Positions 40,458 through 50,023 of a stretch of DNA of 64,000 bases are shown here, piece after piece (within the stretch, counting starts at the first letter, position 1; each line of letters begins with the position of its first letter). The position numbers and the translations under genes are program-made. Origin of the DNA: Escherichia phage JS10; sequence record EU863409; one strand, written 5' to 3'. A model generated the notes under the pieces. It saw only the letters and a program-made list of their open reading frames with translations, searched no databases and had not been told where the DNA came from.

Positions 40458-40818
40458 AGGTAGCTTTAATCAAGGCAACAACTTCTGCCGCATTTTTGTG
40501 GTTTACCTGTACATGGATAGTTTGGGTATCAACGGCAGGAGCATCGCCATCAACTTCCAGGAAGTGACAGAATTCCCATTCACCGAGTTCAAAGTACTCA
40601 TCAGCACCGCCCATACTATTCAGGATGGTGCCATCTTTCATTTCAACTTTTTCAACAAAATAATCACCTTCAATATAACTCATATCCAGGACTTTGAAGG
40701 AATTGCCATGTTGTTCCAACAATCTGACTATGCACGAATTATAATTATCATCAGGACTACCAGCGATGAATTGTTTTTTGGCAGCAGGGTCTAATACGTA
40801 AAATTTACCAATTTCCAT
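40447..40818 (-). CDS. hypothetical protein, tandem paralog B
   Basis: 123 aa; paralogous to 40059-40457. Confidence 0.55.
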   Translation of the reverse strand: MEIGKFYVLDPAAKKQFIAGSPDDNYNSCIVRLLEQHGNSFKVLDMSYIEGDYFVEKVEMKDGTILNSMGGADEYFELGEWEFCHFLEVDGDAPAVDTQTIHVQVNHKNAAEVVALIKATFGI

Positions 40819-40834
40819 TTTTATTTCCTCATGT

Positions 40835-40877
40835 AGTTGATAGGACTATAGTATCATGTTTAAAGGCATTGTAAACC
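40835..40877 (-). promoter_or_regulatory. Early promoter cassette
   Basis: gttgataggactatagtatcatg...gtaaac. Confidence 0.5.
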
Positions 40878-40884
40878 ATTAAAT

Positions 40885-40913
40885 GCCAAAAAGGGAAGAC
40901 CGAAGTCTTCCCA
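40885..40913 (-). terminator. Rho-independent terminator downstream of gene 32
   Basis: gggaagac-cgaa-gtcttccc hairpin followed by a T-run on the - strand. Confidence 0.6.
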
Positions 40914-40928
40914 TTATAAATCAATAAC

Positions 40929-41834
40929 TTATAGACCAGCTAACAGGTCGTCCAGACCATCGTCATCAGAAGGACTTACTGATGGCTCAGGAGTAGTGGA
41001 ACGGGTCGGTGTAGACGGTTTGGAATCATATGCATCAAGGTCTGCACTGAATGCGTCCAGGTCATCACCAATCTTATCAGCAGCTGCAGAAGCTTTAGCG
41101 GCAGCACCACCAAGAGCAGCAGTACCAACAACTTTCTTAAACTTGGCTTCGTTAGTTTCAAAGGATTTGAACTCGAGCAGTTTAGAAAGGTCGTGCATTT
41201 CTTCCATCAATTTAGCTTGGTAAGCTTCATCATTGATGTTAGGAATTTCAGACTGACCCATGAATTTGGAATCGTCGTAGTTTTTGAAGTCACCAACTTT
41301 CTTAGATTTCAGTACGAAGTTAGCACCATCAAACGGACACGTTACGTCAACCGGCACTTCACCAATATCAGTATCAACTTCAACCATCTGGTTGATTTTA
41401 TCCATAATTTTCTGACCGAAACGGAATTTAAACACTTTACCTTCGTTAGCAGGCACTGCACTATCCTTAATAACAAGGATATTAGCCCAGAAGGAAGTTT
41501 TACGTTTCATCAGTTTGTATTCGGCGTTATTAGTATTATACGTATCGTTCTGGTTCATGTATTTACATACAGGACAAGAATCGAAATCACCGTGAGTAGA
41601 CGTACAGTTTTCAATATACCATTGACCATTTTTCTTAAAGCCGTGGTTAACGAGCTTAACGAATGGAGATGGATTTTCTTCGTTTTTCGAAGGTAGGAAA
41701 CGAATTACCGCAGTACCAACACCATTGTCATCTTTCAATTTCCATTCAGCTTTATCATCGGAAGAGAAAGAAGAACCACCTTTCATTGCAGACAGTTGAG
41801 CAGCCAGTTGGGAAGGGTCTTTACGTTTGAACAT
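40929..41834 (-). CDS. 32: single-stranded DNA-binding protein gp32
   Basis: 301 aa; MFKRK...[20 protein letters not shown]...[20 protein letters not shown] matches T4 gp32; acidic C-terminus. Confidence 0.9.
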   Translation of the reverse strand: MFKRKDPSQLAAQLSAMKGGSSFSSDDKAEWKLKDDNGVGTAVIRFLPSKNEENPSPFVKLVNHGFKKNGQWYIENCTSTHGDFDSCPVCKYMNQNDTYNTNNAEYKLMKRKTSFWANILVIKDSAVPANEGKVFKFRFGQKIMDKINQMVEVDTDIGEVPVDVTCPFDGANFVLKSKKVGDFKNYDDSKFMGQSEIPNINDEAYQAKLMEEMHDLSKLLEFKSFETNEAKFKKVVGTAALGGAAAKASAAADKIGDDLDAFSADLDAYDSKPSTPTRSTTPEPSVSPSDDDGLDDLLAGL

Positions 41835-41924
41835 ATTATTTACCTTAGCAGATTTTAGCAGTTGTATTTTATTAACAGTTTTTAACAGATTGAGTTAGTA
41901 TATTAACACATTTAATATGAAGCA

Positions 41925-42578
41925 TTAAAACTTACAAGATTTGATAGTTTCAATGAACAATTTACGAGCTTCTAAATTATCGATTATAAGAATTTTCTTA
42001 TAAGCATTTAATTTAGTCGAATACTTAGACCACACTAAATCGTTGGTCTGTTCATCATGTTTATTTATTATATCCATAAATGAATCAAGCAAAATAAACG
42101 TTTCGAATGAAATAACATTCGATTGAAGGAGCTTAAAAATATAGCTCGAGTTAACTTTTTTATTATATTCAAAAATTTCAGAAAGCGCTTGAACTTCCAC
42201 TTTCTTACTGAAATAATAGATGTTTTTGATATCATCCTCAAAAACTTGTTTTATTCTTTTAAGTCTACCGATATATTCTCGGTAAAAGACTAAGGCGTCA
42301 GCATCACTGATGTCGCCAATCCATGCGTCTTGGTTAGCCACCAAGTTACTCATGAAGATAAGAGCAAGCTCTTTCAAAGTGTATTTATCACTCAATTTCT
42401 CGAAGAAATATTTGTCACGACGTTTTTGGTAAGCCGTATCAGAGATTCGCATGACCCAGTTATATTTTATAACGTCGTATTTGGCGTTGAAGTGATGTTT
42501 GAGCATTAAGTATAGTGAATATACGCTCTTACCATTCACCATACGATTATTGTTTGGTGGCATGCGAATCTTAATCAT
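41925..42578 (-). CDS. 59: helicase loader gp59
   Basis: 217 aa; ...YDVIKYNWVMRISDTAYQKRRDKYFFEKLS...ISNLVANQDAWIGDISDADALVFYREYIGRLK matches T4 gp59. Confidence 0.9.
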   Translation of the reverse strand: MIKIRMPPNNNRMVNGKSVYSLYLMLKHHFNAKYDVIKYNWVMRISDTAYQKRRDKYFFEKLSDKYTLKELALIFMSNLVANQDAWIGDISDADALVFYREYIGRLKRIKQVFEDDIKNIYYFSKKVEVQALSEIFEYNKKVNSSYIFKLLQSNVISFETFILLDSFMDIINKHDEQTNDLVWSKYSTKLNAYKKILIIDNLEARKLFIETIKSCKF

Positions 42579-42877
42579 AACAAGAAATCCAGGGTATTAG
42601 TTTTTTGCGTTCGTGCCATTGAAGGCCGAAGCAAGTTATCATCAATGGCCTCGTTCATAATTTTATCAATAATTCCTGCAGGCAAATAACGAGCAAAGTT
42701 ACCTTCAGGGATGCTGTTCTCTTCCAACCATGCGGTAGCCGCTTCGAGGTAACTACAACCTTCAGCCTCAACAAAGGCCTCAATATCAAGGCCATTCTGT
42801 TGTTTATTTACCAATACATGGACAGGTTCAGAAGCGGTATTAACCGCTCCATCAAAATCATTCAAAGATTGTGTCAT
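42575..42877 (-). CDS. 33: late-transcription coactivator gp33
   Basis: 100 aa acidic protein with C-terminal hydrophobic LDFLL clamp-binding-type tail; synteny. Confidence 0.65.
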   Translation of the reverse strand: MTQSLNDFDGAVNTASEPVHVLVNKQQNGLDIEAFVEAEGCSYLEAATAWLEENSIPEGNFARYLPAGIIDKIMNEAIDDNLLRPSMARTQKTNTLDFLL

Positions 42878-43136
42878 ACAGTTCTACCACTTCAGTTTTT
42901 TCGTCTTCGAAACGTTCACGAGTGCCTTTATGATACAGGGAGAACAGCTGGTTAAACATTTTACCGTCTACACCAAGTTCGGTCTTAGCACGGTCTTTGA
43001 TATCTTTAATTTCGTCACCATATGCTTCCATTTTTAATTTGGTATCGGAAGCAGTTTTAATCAATTGGGCTAGGGTATTACCATGTTCTTCTTGGTTGAA
43101 TTCAACTTTCACTTTTTCTTTAGCCATTATATTCAC
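42858..43136 (-). CDS. dsbA: DsbA-like dsDNA-binding protein
   Basis: 92 aa; position between rnh and 33 as in T4. Confidence 0.55.
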   Translation of the reverse strand: MNIMAKEKVKVEFNQEEHGNTLAQLIKTASDTKLKMEAYGDEIKDIKDRAKTELGVDGKMFNQLFSLYHKGTRERFEDEKTEVVELYDTIFE

Positions 43137-43137
43137 C

Positions 43138-44085
43138 TTAATAAAAATCAGCTACTGTAGCAGTTAGTTTAGACAAACCTGATTTAACGAAATAAGGATA
43201 AACTTTAGATTTCGAAGGTTTGTCATACGTATTATATCTTTCAGTAATTAAAGCAACAATATCATCTGGGATAAAGTCCATATCAATTAAGATTTGGTTT
43301 TCACAGAAACGTTCATATTGTTCCTCAGTAAGAAGTGTTTTAATTATATCATGGTCATAATAATTCAGAGCAATTGCTTCAAGTTCCTTGGCACGAGTGC
43401 TAGGAGTACGTTCGCCTTCAACCATTGTCAACCAATAATCACCACGAACTTTAATACTTGCAACGTTGTCCTTGCGGTCACCTTTAATAACCTTAGTCAC
43501 GCAATCAAGCAGAGCATCACCAGATTTTGTTTTGACGAATTTTTTCTGCATTGGAGACCATTGTTTTACACCAGGGAATTTATGAAGTTGGGTAAAGTCA
43601 CCATCAGAAGAGCCAATCATAACAGGATGGCCTAAAGCCGTAAGGATGCGAGTCAATACAGCAATATGGTCATCAGCCTCGATTGTATCGATATTCATAA
43701 CAATATAAGGCATGTTTTGTTCAAGCTCATCCACAATAATATGCATTGCAGTGAATAAGCCTTCCCAATCAAATGGTGATTCGTCACGTGCCTTGGCACG
43801 GTTTTTCTTATAATAAGAAGAATATCGACGACGCCAATAACCTGATTTAGAGTTATCAACACAAATGATTAATTGGTTGTAACCTTGTTTTTTAAAGTCT
43901 TTAATGTTTTTCTTAATTGAATTCAACACGAGGTGTCGAAGCATTGCTGTGGTTACTTTAGGAAATCCAGCGTTTTCACCAAATTCTTGGAAGGCTGCCG
44001 CCATAATGATTTGGCTGAAATCCAGGAGTAAAAATCCGTCTTTTTGTTGGTCTTCTTCAGGAAGTAAAAAATCTAAATCGTTCAT
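43138..44085 (-). CDS. rnh: RNase H (5'-3' exonuclease / flap endonuclease)
   Basis: 315 aa; ...CVDNSKSGYWRRRYSSYYKKNRAKARDES.FDWEG...IEADDHIAVL...SSDGDFTQLHKFPGVKQWSPMQKK matches T4 RNase H. Confidence 0.9.
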   Translation of the reverse strand: MNDLDFLLPEEDQQKDGFLLLDFSQIIMAAAFQEFGENAGFPKVTTAMLRHLVLNSIKKNIKDFKKQGYNQLIICVDNSKSGYWRRRYSSYYKKNRAKARDESPFDWEGLFTAMHIIVDELEQNMPYIVMNIDTIEADDHIAVLTRILTALGHPVMIGSSDGDFTQLHKFPGVKQWSPMQKKFVKTKSGDALLDCVTKVIKGDRKDNVASIKVRGDYWLTMVEGERTPSTRAKELEAIALNYYDHDIIKTLLTEEQYERFCENQILIDMDFIPDDIVALITERYNTYDKPSKSKVYPYFVKSGLSKLTATVADFY

Positions 44086-44104
44086 ATGAACCTCTGTCCA
44101 ATTA

Positions 44105-44146
44105 GTGTAGAAGGTTATTATATCATGGCCCTGGAAGAAGTAAACA
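44105..44146 (-). promoter_or_regulatory. Early promoter for rnh (GTTTAC-N17-TATAAT)
   Basis: On the - strand: GTGTTTACttcttccagggccatgaTATAATaac. Confidence 0.55.
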
Positions 44147-44152
44147 CTTTGC

Positions 44153-44160
44153 TATAAATA
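44153..44160 (+). promoter_or_regulatory. Late promoter TATAAATA for the tail fibre operon
   Basis: Exact TATAAATA about 33 nt upstream of the gp34 ATG. Confidence 0.55.
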
Positions 44161-44192
44161 GTTCTATACCCTGAAAACGAAAAGGAAATAAA

Positions 44193-47100
44193 ATGGCTGA
44201 TATTTTAAAACCTGCATTCCGTGCTACATCCGGACTCGATGCTGCGGGCGAGAAAGTTATCAATGTTGCCAAAGCCGATTACAATGTACTAGATGATGGC
44301 GTCAACGTTGAATTCTTTATAGATGAGAACACCATCCAGGCGTACGACGAGACGCGCGGATATAAGAAAGGGTTTGCCGTAATCCATGACCAACGTATTT
44401 GGGTTGCTCAACGTGATATCGCTGCACCATCTGGAACTTTTGTACCCGGTTATTGGACTGCTACCCGTACTGACCCTAAATGGATTACAGTAGCATCTCC
44501 TACGCGCCAGTTGGCTTCCGGTGAATATATTGCGGTGGACTCAGCTGCTAGCTTTACTACATTTACTCTGCCTCCTAACCCTACTGATGGTGATACCATT
44601 GTAATCAAGGATATCGGTGGCCGTGTAGGTTATAATGAAATCAAGGTTCAATCTAGTTCTGCTCCAGGCGGCGGTAATCAGAAAATTGTTCGATTTGGTA
44701 ACCAGTTCTCTGAAACTCTGATAACCAAACCTTTTTCTTATAACATGCTTATCTTTGCTAACCGTCTTTGGCATTTCTGGGAAGCAGGTAACGAAGAACG
44801 TGGTATTCGCGTAGAGCCTAATACTGCACAGTTCCAAGCTCAAGCGGGTGATAACGTTTTACGTCGTTATACTTCAGGTGCAGTAATTAAATTTACTCTT
44901 CCTAAGTATGCGAACCAAGGTGATATGGTTAAAACCGTAGATATCGATGGTCTTGGAAGTAAGTTCCACTTAATCGTTGAAACCTTTGATGCATCGTCTT
45001 CATTAGGTAAGCCTGGTCAGCATAGCATGGAATTCCGTACCTCTGGTGATGGGTTCTTTGTTTATAACTCTGTTGAAAAAGTGTGGTATGTTTGGGACGG
45101 TGACCGCCAAACTCGACTGCGTGTTATTCGTGATGACGTAGAACTTTTGGCTAACGAAAGTATTATTGTTTTTGGTCCTAATAACACAACTCCACAAACT
45201 ATTAATATCACTTTACCTACTAGCGTAGCACAAGGCGATACTATTAAAATCGCATTGAACTATCTTCGTAAAGCACAGACAGTAAATATTAAGGCTGCTG
45301 TAGGTGATAAAATTGCTTCTTCGGTCCAATTGCTCCAGTTCCCTAAACGTTCTGAATATCCACCAGATACTGAATGGGTGTTGAATGACGTATTGACCTT
45401 TAATGGTAATATAAGTTATACCCCGGTTATTGAACTGAGTTATATCGAAGACACCACTACAGGCGGTAAATATTGGGTTGTTGCCCAGAACGTTCCTACG
45501 GTAGAACGTGTGGATTCTAAGGATGATTTAACTCGTGCTCGTCTTGGTGTTATTGCCCTTGCGTCTCAGACCCAGGCAAACGTCGACCATGAAAATAATC
45601 CTGAAAAAGAACTTGCAATTACTCCGCAGACTTTAGCTAATCGTGTTGCCACTGAAACTCGTCGTGGTATTGCTCGTATTGCTACGACTGCTCAGGTGAA
45701 CCAAGACACCACTTTCGCTTTCCAGGATGATTTGATTATTTCTCCTAAGAAATTAAACGAACGTACTGCAACCGAAACTCGTCGTGGTGTAGCCGAAATT
45801 GCTACGCAACAGGAAACTGATGCTGGTGTTGACGATACCACCATTATTACTCCTAAGAAGCTACAGACGCGCCAGGGCACTGAAAGTCTTTCAGGTATTG
45901 TAAAATATACCTCTACGGTAGACACCACTCCTGCGACTGCTAGGGACACTGTAGGTACTAACGTTTATAATAAGAACGTAGGCAATTTGGTTATTTCTCC
46001 TAAAGCTTTAGACCAATATAAAGCTACTCAAGCCCAACAAGGTACGGTATATCTTTCTACCCAGTCAGAAGTTAATACCGGACAATCTGCTAGCGGATTT
46101 GCTAACAGTGCAGTTTCTCCTGAAACGTTGCATGCCCGTGTGGCTCTTGATACTCGTACAGGGTTAATTGAAATTGCTACGCAAGTAGAGACAGATACTG
46201 GAACAGATTATACTCGTGCGGTAACGCCTAAAACGTTAAATGATAGGAAAGCTACGGAAGGATTGACTGGTATTGCTAGAATTGCAACCCAAGAAGAATT
46301 TGATGCAGGCACGTTAGATAATGTTATTTCAACTCCGTTGAAAATTAAAACAAGACTTAATGATACTGCTAGAACTTCTGTCTCAGCAGCCAGCGGTTTG
46401 ATTGAATCAGGAACCTTATGGAACCATTATACACTAGATATTAGAGAAGCAAATGAGACCCAACGTGGTACCGCTCGTCTGGCTACCCAGACCGAAGTCA
46501 ATGTTGGCACCGATGACAAAACCATCATCACTCCTTTGAAATTACACTCTAAAAAATCTACTGAAAGTTCTGAAGGTATTATTCGTGTTGCAACGAATAC
46601 CGAAACCACTGCAGGAACTTCTAAAGTTCTGGCTGTAAGCCCTTCTGGTTTAAAATATGTAGTACAGTCCGAAACCACTTGGGAAGCTACTGCACTTCGC
46701 CGTGGATTTGTTAAATTGACCGAAGGTGCTTTGACTTACTCAGGAAATAAAGTTACCGGTTCTGGTGTTAAATTTAACTCAGGTACAGGCCTTTATGAGA
46801 ACGACGATACTGTTCTGAATGCAGCCAACTATCCTAAAACAGGTTATGCGGTTTCATCTTACGAGATGAATAAAACTTTACAGAACTTTTTACCTATAAA
46901 TGCTACGGCTGTGAACTCCGAGAAATTGGATGGCCTGGATTCACTTCAGTTCATTCGTAGAGACGTCGACCAAACGGTTAATGGTTCTTTAACCCTAACC
47001 AAACAATTGAACCTGGCAGCCCCTCTGGTGTCTTCTAGTACTGCTACATTTACGGATGTTACAGCTACTAATTCTACCTTTGGTACAGTGAACGTTGTTA

Positions 47101-48161
47101 ACGGAACTAATAAATGGAAAATAACATCTCCATCTACTGGAACTACGTTAACTATCGGCGATACTACTAACGTATTGACATTAAACACTGCTACAGGTAA
47201 TGTTGCTGCACTTAATAACCTTAGCGCTGGTAATGATGTTCAGGCCAAAAATAACTTTGTGTTAAATGGAAGAACTATCGCAACCACCACTGGTGAAGCT
47301 TCTGGTGCTACATTGTCTTTAGGCGATAACTCACAGAATTTAGTGCTCAAAACTCTTGATGCTGGTAATATCGTAGCTAATGGTGGCGGTGCTTATAAAG
47401 TTCTTACCGAGAAAAACGCAGTAGAAATTGTAGACAGAAACTTTGTTAACCAAGCCGGTGATACAATGTCCGGTGTACTCCGTGTGAATGCCCCGGTTCG
47501 TGTATTTGGTACTAAGCCTACATTAGCTTCTCAGGTTCCTACGGCAGAGACAGTTGGCTTCTGGTCTGTTGATATCAATGACGAGGCTACTTATAGTAAG
47601 TTCCCTGGTTATTGGACTATGAAGACCAAACGTCAAGTTAATATTGACACGGTCCAAACTAAACCTGCTGGTGTTTCTGATGAGATATGGAATGCTTCTG
47701 GTTGGTTAACAGAAACCGGTGCATTTAGTTCTCCGGCCATTCGTTATCGTAACGAAGACGGTAGTTTTGGTGATGAAGTTCTTGGTACGTCTGGTCAGAA
47801 ATTACGTGGTGCTTGGTTTGATTATTCTGTTCGTGATAAGGAAGTTAAATATCCTGGTACATTAACTCAGTTTGGTAATACGTTAGATTCATGTTATCAG
47901 GATTGGGTGTGTTATCCTACAGGACTGAATGGCGGTACTATTCGCTATACCCGCACCTGGCAGAAGAATAAAAACGCATGGACTACGTTCTCAATGGTCT
48001 ATACGGCAGATAACCCTCCTTCTGCGGAAGATGTTGGTGCACTGCCGGCAGATAACGCTACAATGGGTAACATTACAATCCTCGATTGGTTGCGTATTGG
48101 TAACGTTCGCATTATTCCTGACCCAGTCACTAAATCCGTTAAGTTTGAGTGGATTGAATAA
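44193..48161 (+). CDS. 34: long tail fibre proximal subunit gp34
   Basis: 1322 aa; many copies of the tail-fibre repeat (ETRRG[IV]A.IAT...E..G.DD...I.P..L); synteny. Confidence 0.9.
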   Translation: MADILKPAFRATSGLDAAGEKVINVAKADYNVLDDGVNVEFFIDENTIQAYDETRGYKKGFAVIHDQRIWVAQRDIAAPSGTFVPGYWTATRTDPKWITVASPTRQLASGEYIAVDSAASFTTFTLPPNPTDGDTIVIKDIGGRVGYNEIKVQSSSAPGGGNQKIVRFGNQFSETLITKPFSYNMLIFANRLWHFWEAGNEERGIRVEPNTAQFQAQAGDNVLRRYTSGAVIKFTLPKYANQGDMVKTVDIDGLGSKFHLIVETFDASSSLGKPGQHSMEFRTSGDGFFVYNSVEKVWYVWDGDRQTRLRVIRDDVELLANESIIVFGPNNTTPQTINITLPTSVAQGDTIKIALNYLRKAQTVNIKAAVGDKIASSVQLLQFPKRSEYPPDTEWVLNDVLTFNGNISYTPVIELSYIEDTTTGGKYWVVAQNVPTVERVDSKDDLTRARLGVIALASQTQANVDHENNPEKELAITPQTLANRVATETRRGIARIATTAQVNQDTTFAFQDDLIISPKKLNERTATETRRGVAEIATQQETDAGVDDTTIITPKKLQTRQGTESLSGIVKYTSTVDTTPATARDTVGTNVYNKNVGNLVISPKALDQYKATQAQQGTVYLSTQSEVNTGQSASGFANSAVSPETLHARVALDTRTGLIEIATQVETDTGTDYTRAVTPKTLNDRKATEGLTGIARIATQEEFDAGTLDNVISTPLKIKTRLNDTARTSVSAASGLIESGTLWNHYTLDIREANETQRGTARLATQTEVNVGTDDKTIITPLKLHSKKSTESSEGIIRVATNTETTAGTSKVLAVSPSGLKYVVQSETTWEATALRRGFVKLTEGALTYSGNKVTGSGVKFNSGTGLYENDDTVLNAANYPKTGYAVSSYEMNKTLQNFLPINATAVNSEKLDGLDSLQFIRRDVDQTVNGSLTLTKQLNLAAPLVSSSTATFTDVTATNSTFGTVNVVNGTNKWKITSPSTGTTLTIGDTTNVLTLNTATGNVAALNNLSAGNDVQAKNNFVLNGRTIATTTGEASGATLSLGDNSQNLVLKTLDAGNIVANGGGAYKVLTEKNAVEIVDRNFVNQAGDTMSGVLRVNAPVRVFGTKPTLASQVPTAETVGFWSVDINDEATYSKFPGYWTMKTKRQVNIDTVQTKPAGVSDEIWNASGWLTETGAFSSPAIRYRNEDGSFGDEVLGTSGQKLRGAWFDYSVRDKEVKYPGTLTQFGNTLDSCYQDWVCYPTGLNGGTIRYTRTWQKNKNAWTTFSMVYTADNPPSAEDVGALPADNATMGNITILDWLRIGNVRIIPDPVTKSVKFEWIE

Positions 48162-48169
48162 GAGGTATT

Positions 48170-49291
48170 ATGGAAAGATTTATGGCAGAATTTGGACAAG
48201 GATATGTCCAGGTTCCTACATTATCTGAAAACAATGCTGTAAGGTATAAACTTAGTATAGCTGGTAGTTGTACTAAGTCTACTAAAAAAGCGTATGTTAA
48301 ATTTCAAGATGGGGACTTCGGTCCCCAGAATTTTCAAAATGGACTAAACCTTATAGAAATTGATGTTAGTGCCGAACCTAAAGTGGTGGCTAACAAAACT
48401 TATAGCTTTACAAAAGATTTTGATGTTATCTCTGAAGCTTTTATTACTTACATAAGTTCAATACCAGCCAATAGAATAGTTTGTTTAGTATCTTCTGGTA
48501 GATTAAATGCTTCACAAAATCTTATTGATTGGTTCCGTGCAGCAGGAAGTACCGCATTTCCATCTAAATGGCTAATAGACCGCTTCGAGCCGTCTTATTC
48601 AGCCTTTTACGTGTCCGGTAGAAATACTATAGTGATGGAACACGTCCTTTATAATGATGGGGTGTTTGTTGAAGATGTTTCTACACCATTAGAAGTCGTT
48701 TTTGACGATATCAGTGATGTAGGCGGGACCGGGTATCCTATAAGAATAGTAGAAGATGAAAACACTTATCTAAGTAATGGTGGAGAAGAAATAAAACGTT
48801 TCCCTACCGAATCTCCTACTACTCCTTGCGCCGATTATAACATGAAGCCTGGGGAATTCTTTTATCTTAAATTCCAAATGATGTGTGACCAGGAATTAAA
48901 AGATTTAGGGACCTCTCAGATGTCTGTTAGATTTTTTAATGCCTCAGGTGCTTTAACAGGGTCGGTTAATATGGAAGTTCCACCTAATGTCCCTGCTGGG
49001 TCTTGGATGACTTTTGAGCGGGTAATTGAAGTTCCTGCTAATACTGAAACATTTACATTGTATGCAAGAAAAACAGTGGCCGATGGAGTCGGCGGTGTAC
49101 GTAATGTGATGTTTGGGGAAGTATCAGAGCCAGAATCACAGCCTAAATCAGCCGAATTTGGTGTAAATGGTATTCGTATGAATTTCGGTACCGAAACTAA
49201 GAATATGGGTACTACCATAGCCCAGTTATACGATAAAACAGGTACTAAACCGGGACAGGTTTGGGTGTCTGAATTTAGAGAAAAATATTAA
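48170..49291 (+). CDS. 35: long tail fibre hinge connector gp35
   Basis: 373 aa; synteny and size. Confidence 0.8.
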   Translation: MERFMAEFGQGYVQVPTLSENNAVRYKLSIAGSCTKSTKKAYVKFQDGDFGPQNFQNGLNLIEIDVSAEPKVVANKTYSFTKDFDVISEAFITYISSIPANRIVCLVSSGRLNASQNLIDWFRAAGSTAFPSKWLIDRFEPSYSAFYVSGRNTIVMEHVLYNDGVFVEDVSTPLEVVFDDISDVGGTGYPIRIVEDENTYLSNGGEEIKRFPTESPTTPCADYNMKPGEFFYLKFQMMCDQELKDLGTSQMSVRFFNASGALTGSVNMEVPPNVPAGSWMTFERVIEVPANTETFTLYARKTVADGVGGVRNVMFGEVSEPESQPKSAEFGVNGIRMNFGTETKNMGTTIAQLYDKTGTKPGQVWVSEFREKY

Positions 49292-49320
49292 GGAACCTTC
49301 GGGTTCCTTTTTCGTTTTCT
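49292..49320 (+). terminator. Rho-independent terminator after gene 35
   Basis: ggaacc-ttcg-ggttcc hairpin followed by tttttcgtttt. Confidence 0.6.
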
Positions 49321-49367
49321 ACAGCCATAAATATATAAAAAGGCTATAACTCCCAAAGGAAACTCAA

Positions 49368-50015
49368 ATGGCAGATTTAAAATTAGGTTCTACAGCAGGA
49401 GGTTCGGTATTATGGCACCAAGGTAATTTTCCTTTAACGCCTGTATCAAACGACCTTCTTTACAAAACATATAAAGTTTACACCGAGTATAATAAACCTC
49501 AAGCAGTTGATAACGATTTCGTTTCAAAAGCTAACGGTGGTAATTATCAGAACAACGTGTATTTTGAAAAAGGTTTGACCTTTAATGATACTAATGGATA
49601 TGGTATTAAATTAGGAGCAAGAACCGCCGGAGCCCCTTTCACAGCTTCTTTCCGTATTAAAGGTGCTTTTGGATATGAAACGGAAGATGGTACTCCGTTT
49701 ATGATATTTGACCCAAGTACAGTAGTAGGTGCTAAACGCCTCACAGTAATGGGTGATTCATTATTCCGTCAAGTTTATGACGAATCAGGTCGTGTATTCA
49801 GCCCAGGCAACACCCCTACTAAAGCTCAAGTAGGATTATCGTTAGTAGATAACGCAAAACAGGTCCAAATAAATAATACTAACATGCAAACAATGACCGG
49901 AGTACTTGCTGCTCCTAACTTTATTTCGCTGAATCCGGCCTCTGACGCAGGACACGTTCCTCGTTTTGACCAGATTGTCATTAAAGATTCTATTCAAGAT
50001 TTTGGTTATTATTAA
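49368..50015 (+). CDS. 36: long tail fibre distal connector gp36
   Basis: 215 aa; synteny and size. Confidence 0.8.
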   Translation: MADLKLGSTAGGSVLWHQGNFPLTPVSNDLLYKTYKVYTEYNKPQAVDNDFVSKANGGNYQNNVYFEKGLTFNDTNGYGIKLGARTAGAPFTASFRIKGAFGYETEDGTPFMIFDPSTVVGAKRLTVMGDSLFRQVYDESGRVFSPGNTPTKAQVGLSLVDNAKQVQINNTNMQTMTGVLAAPNFISLNPASDAGHVPRFDQIVIKDSIQDFGYY

Positions 50016-50023
50016 GAGGCATT

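Noticed and set aside
41193-41696. 167 aa + strand ORF
   Set aside because: Antisense to gene 32.
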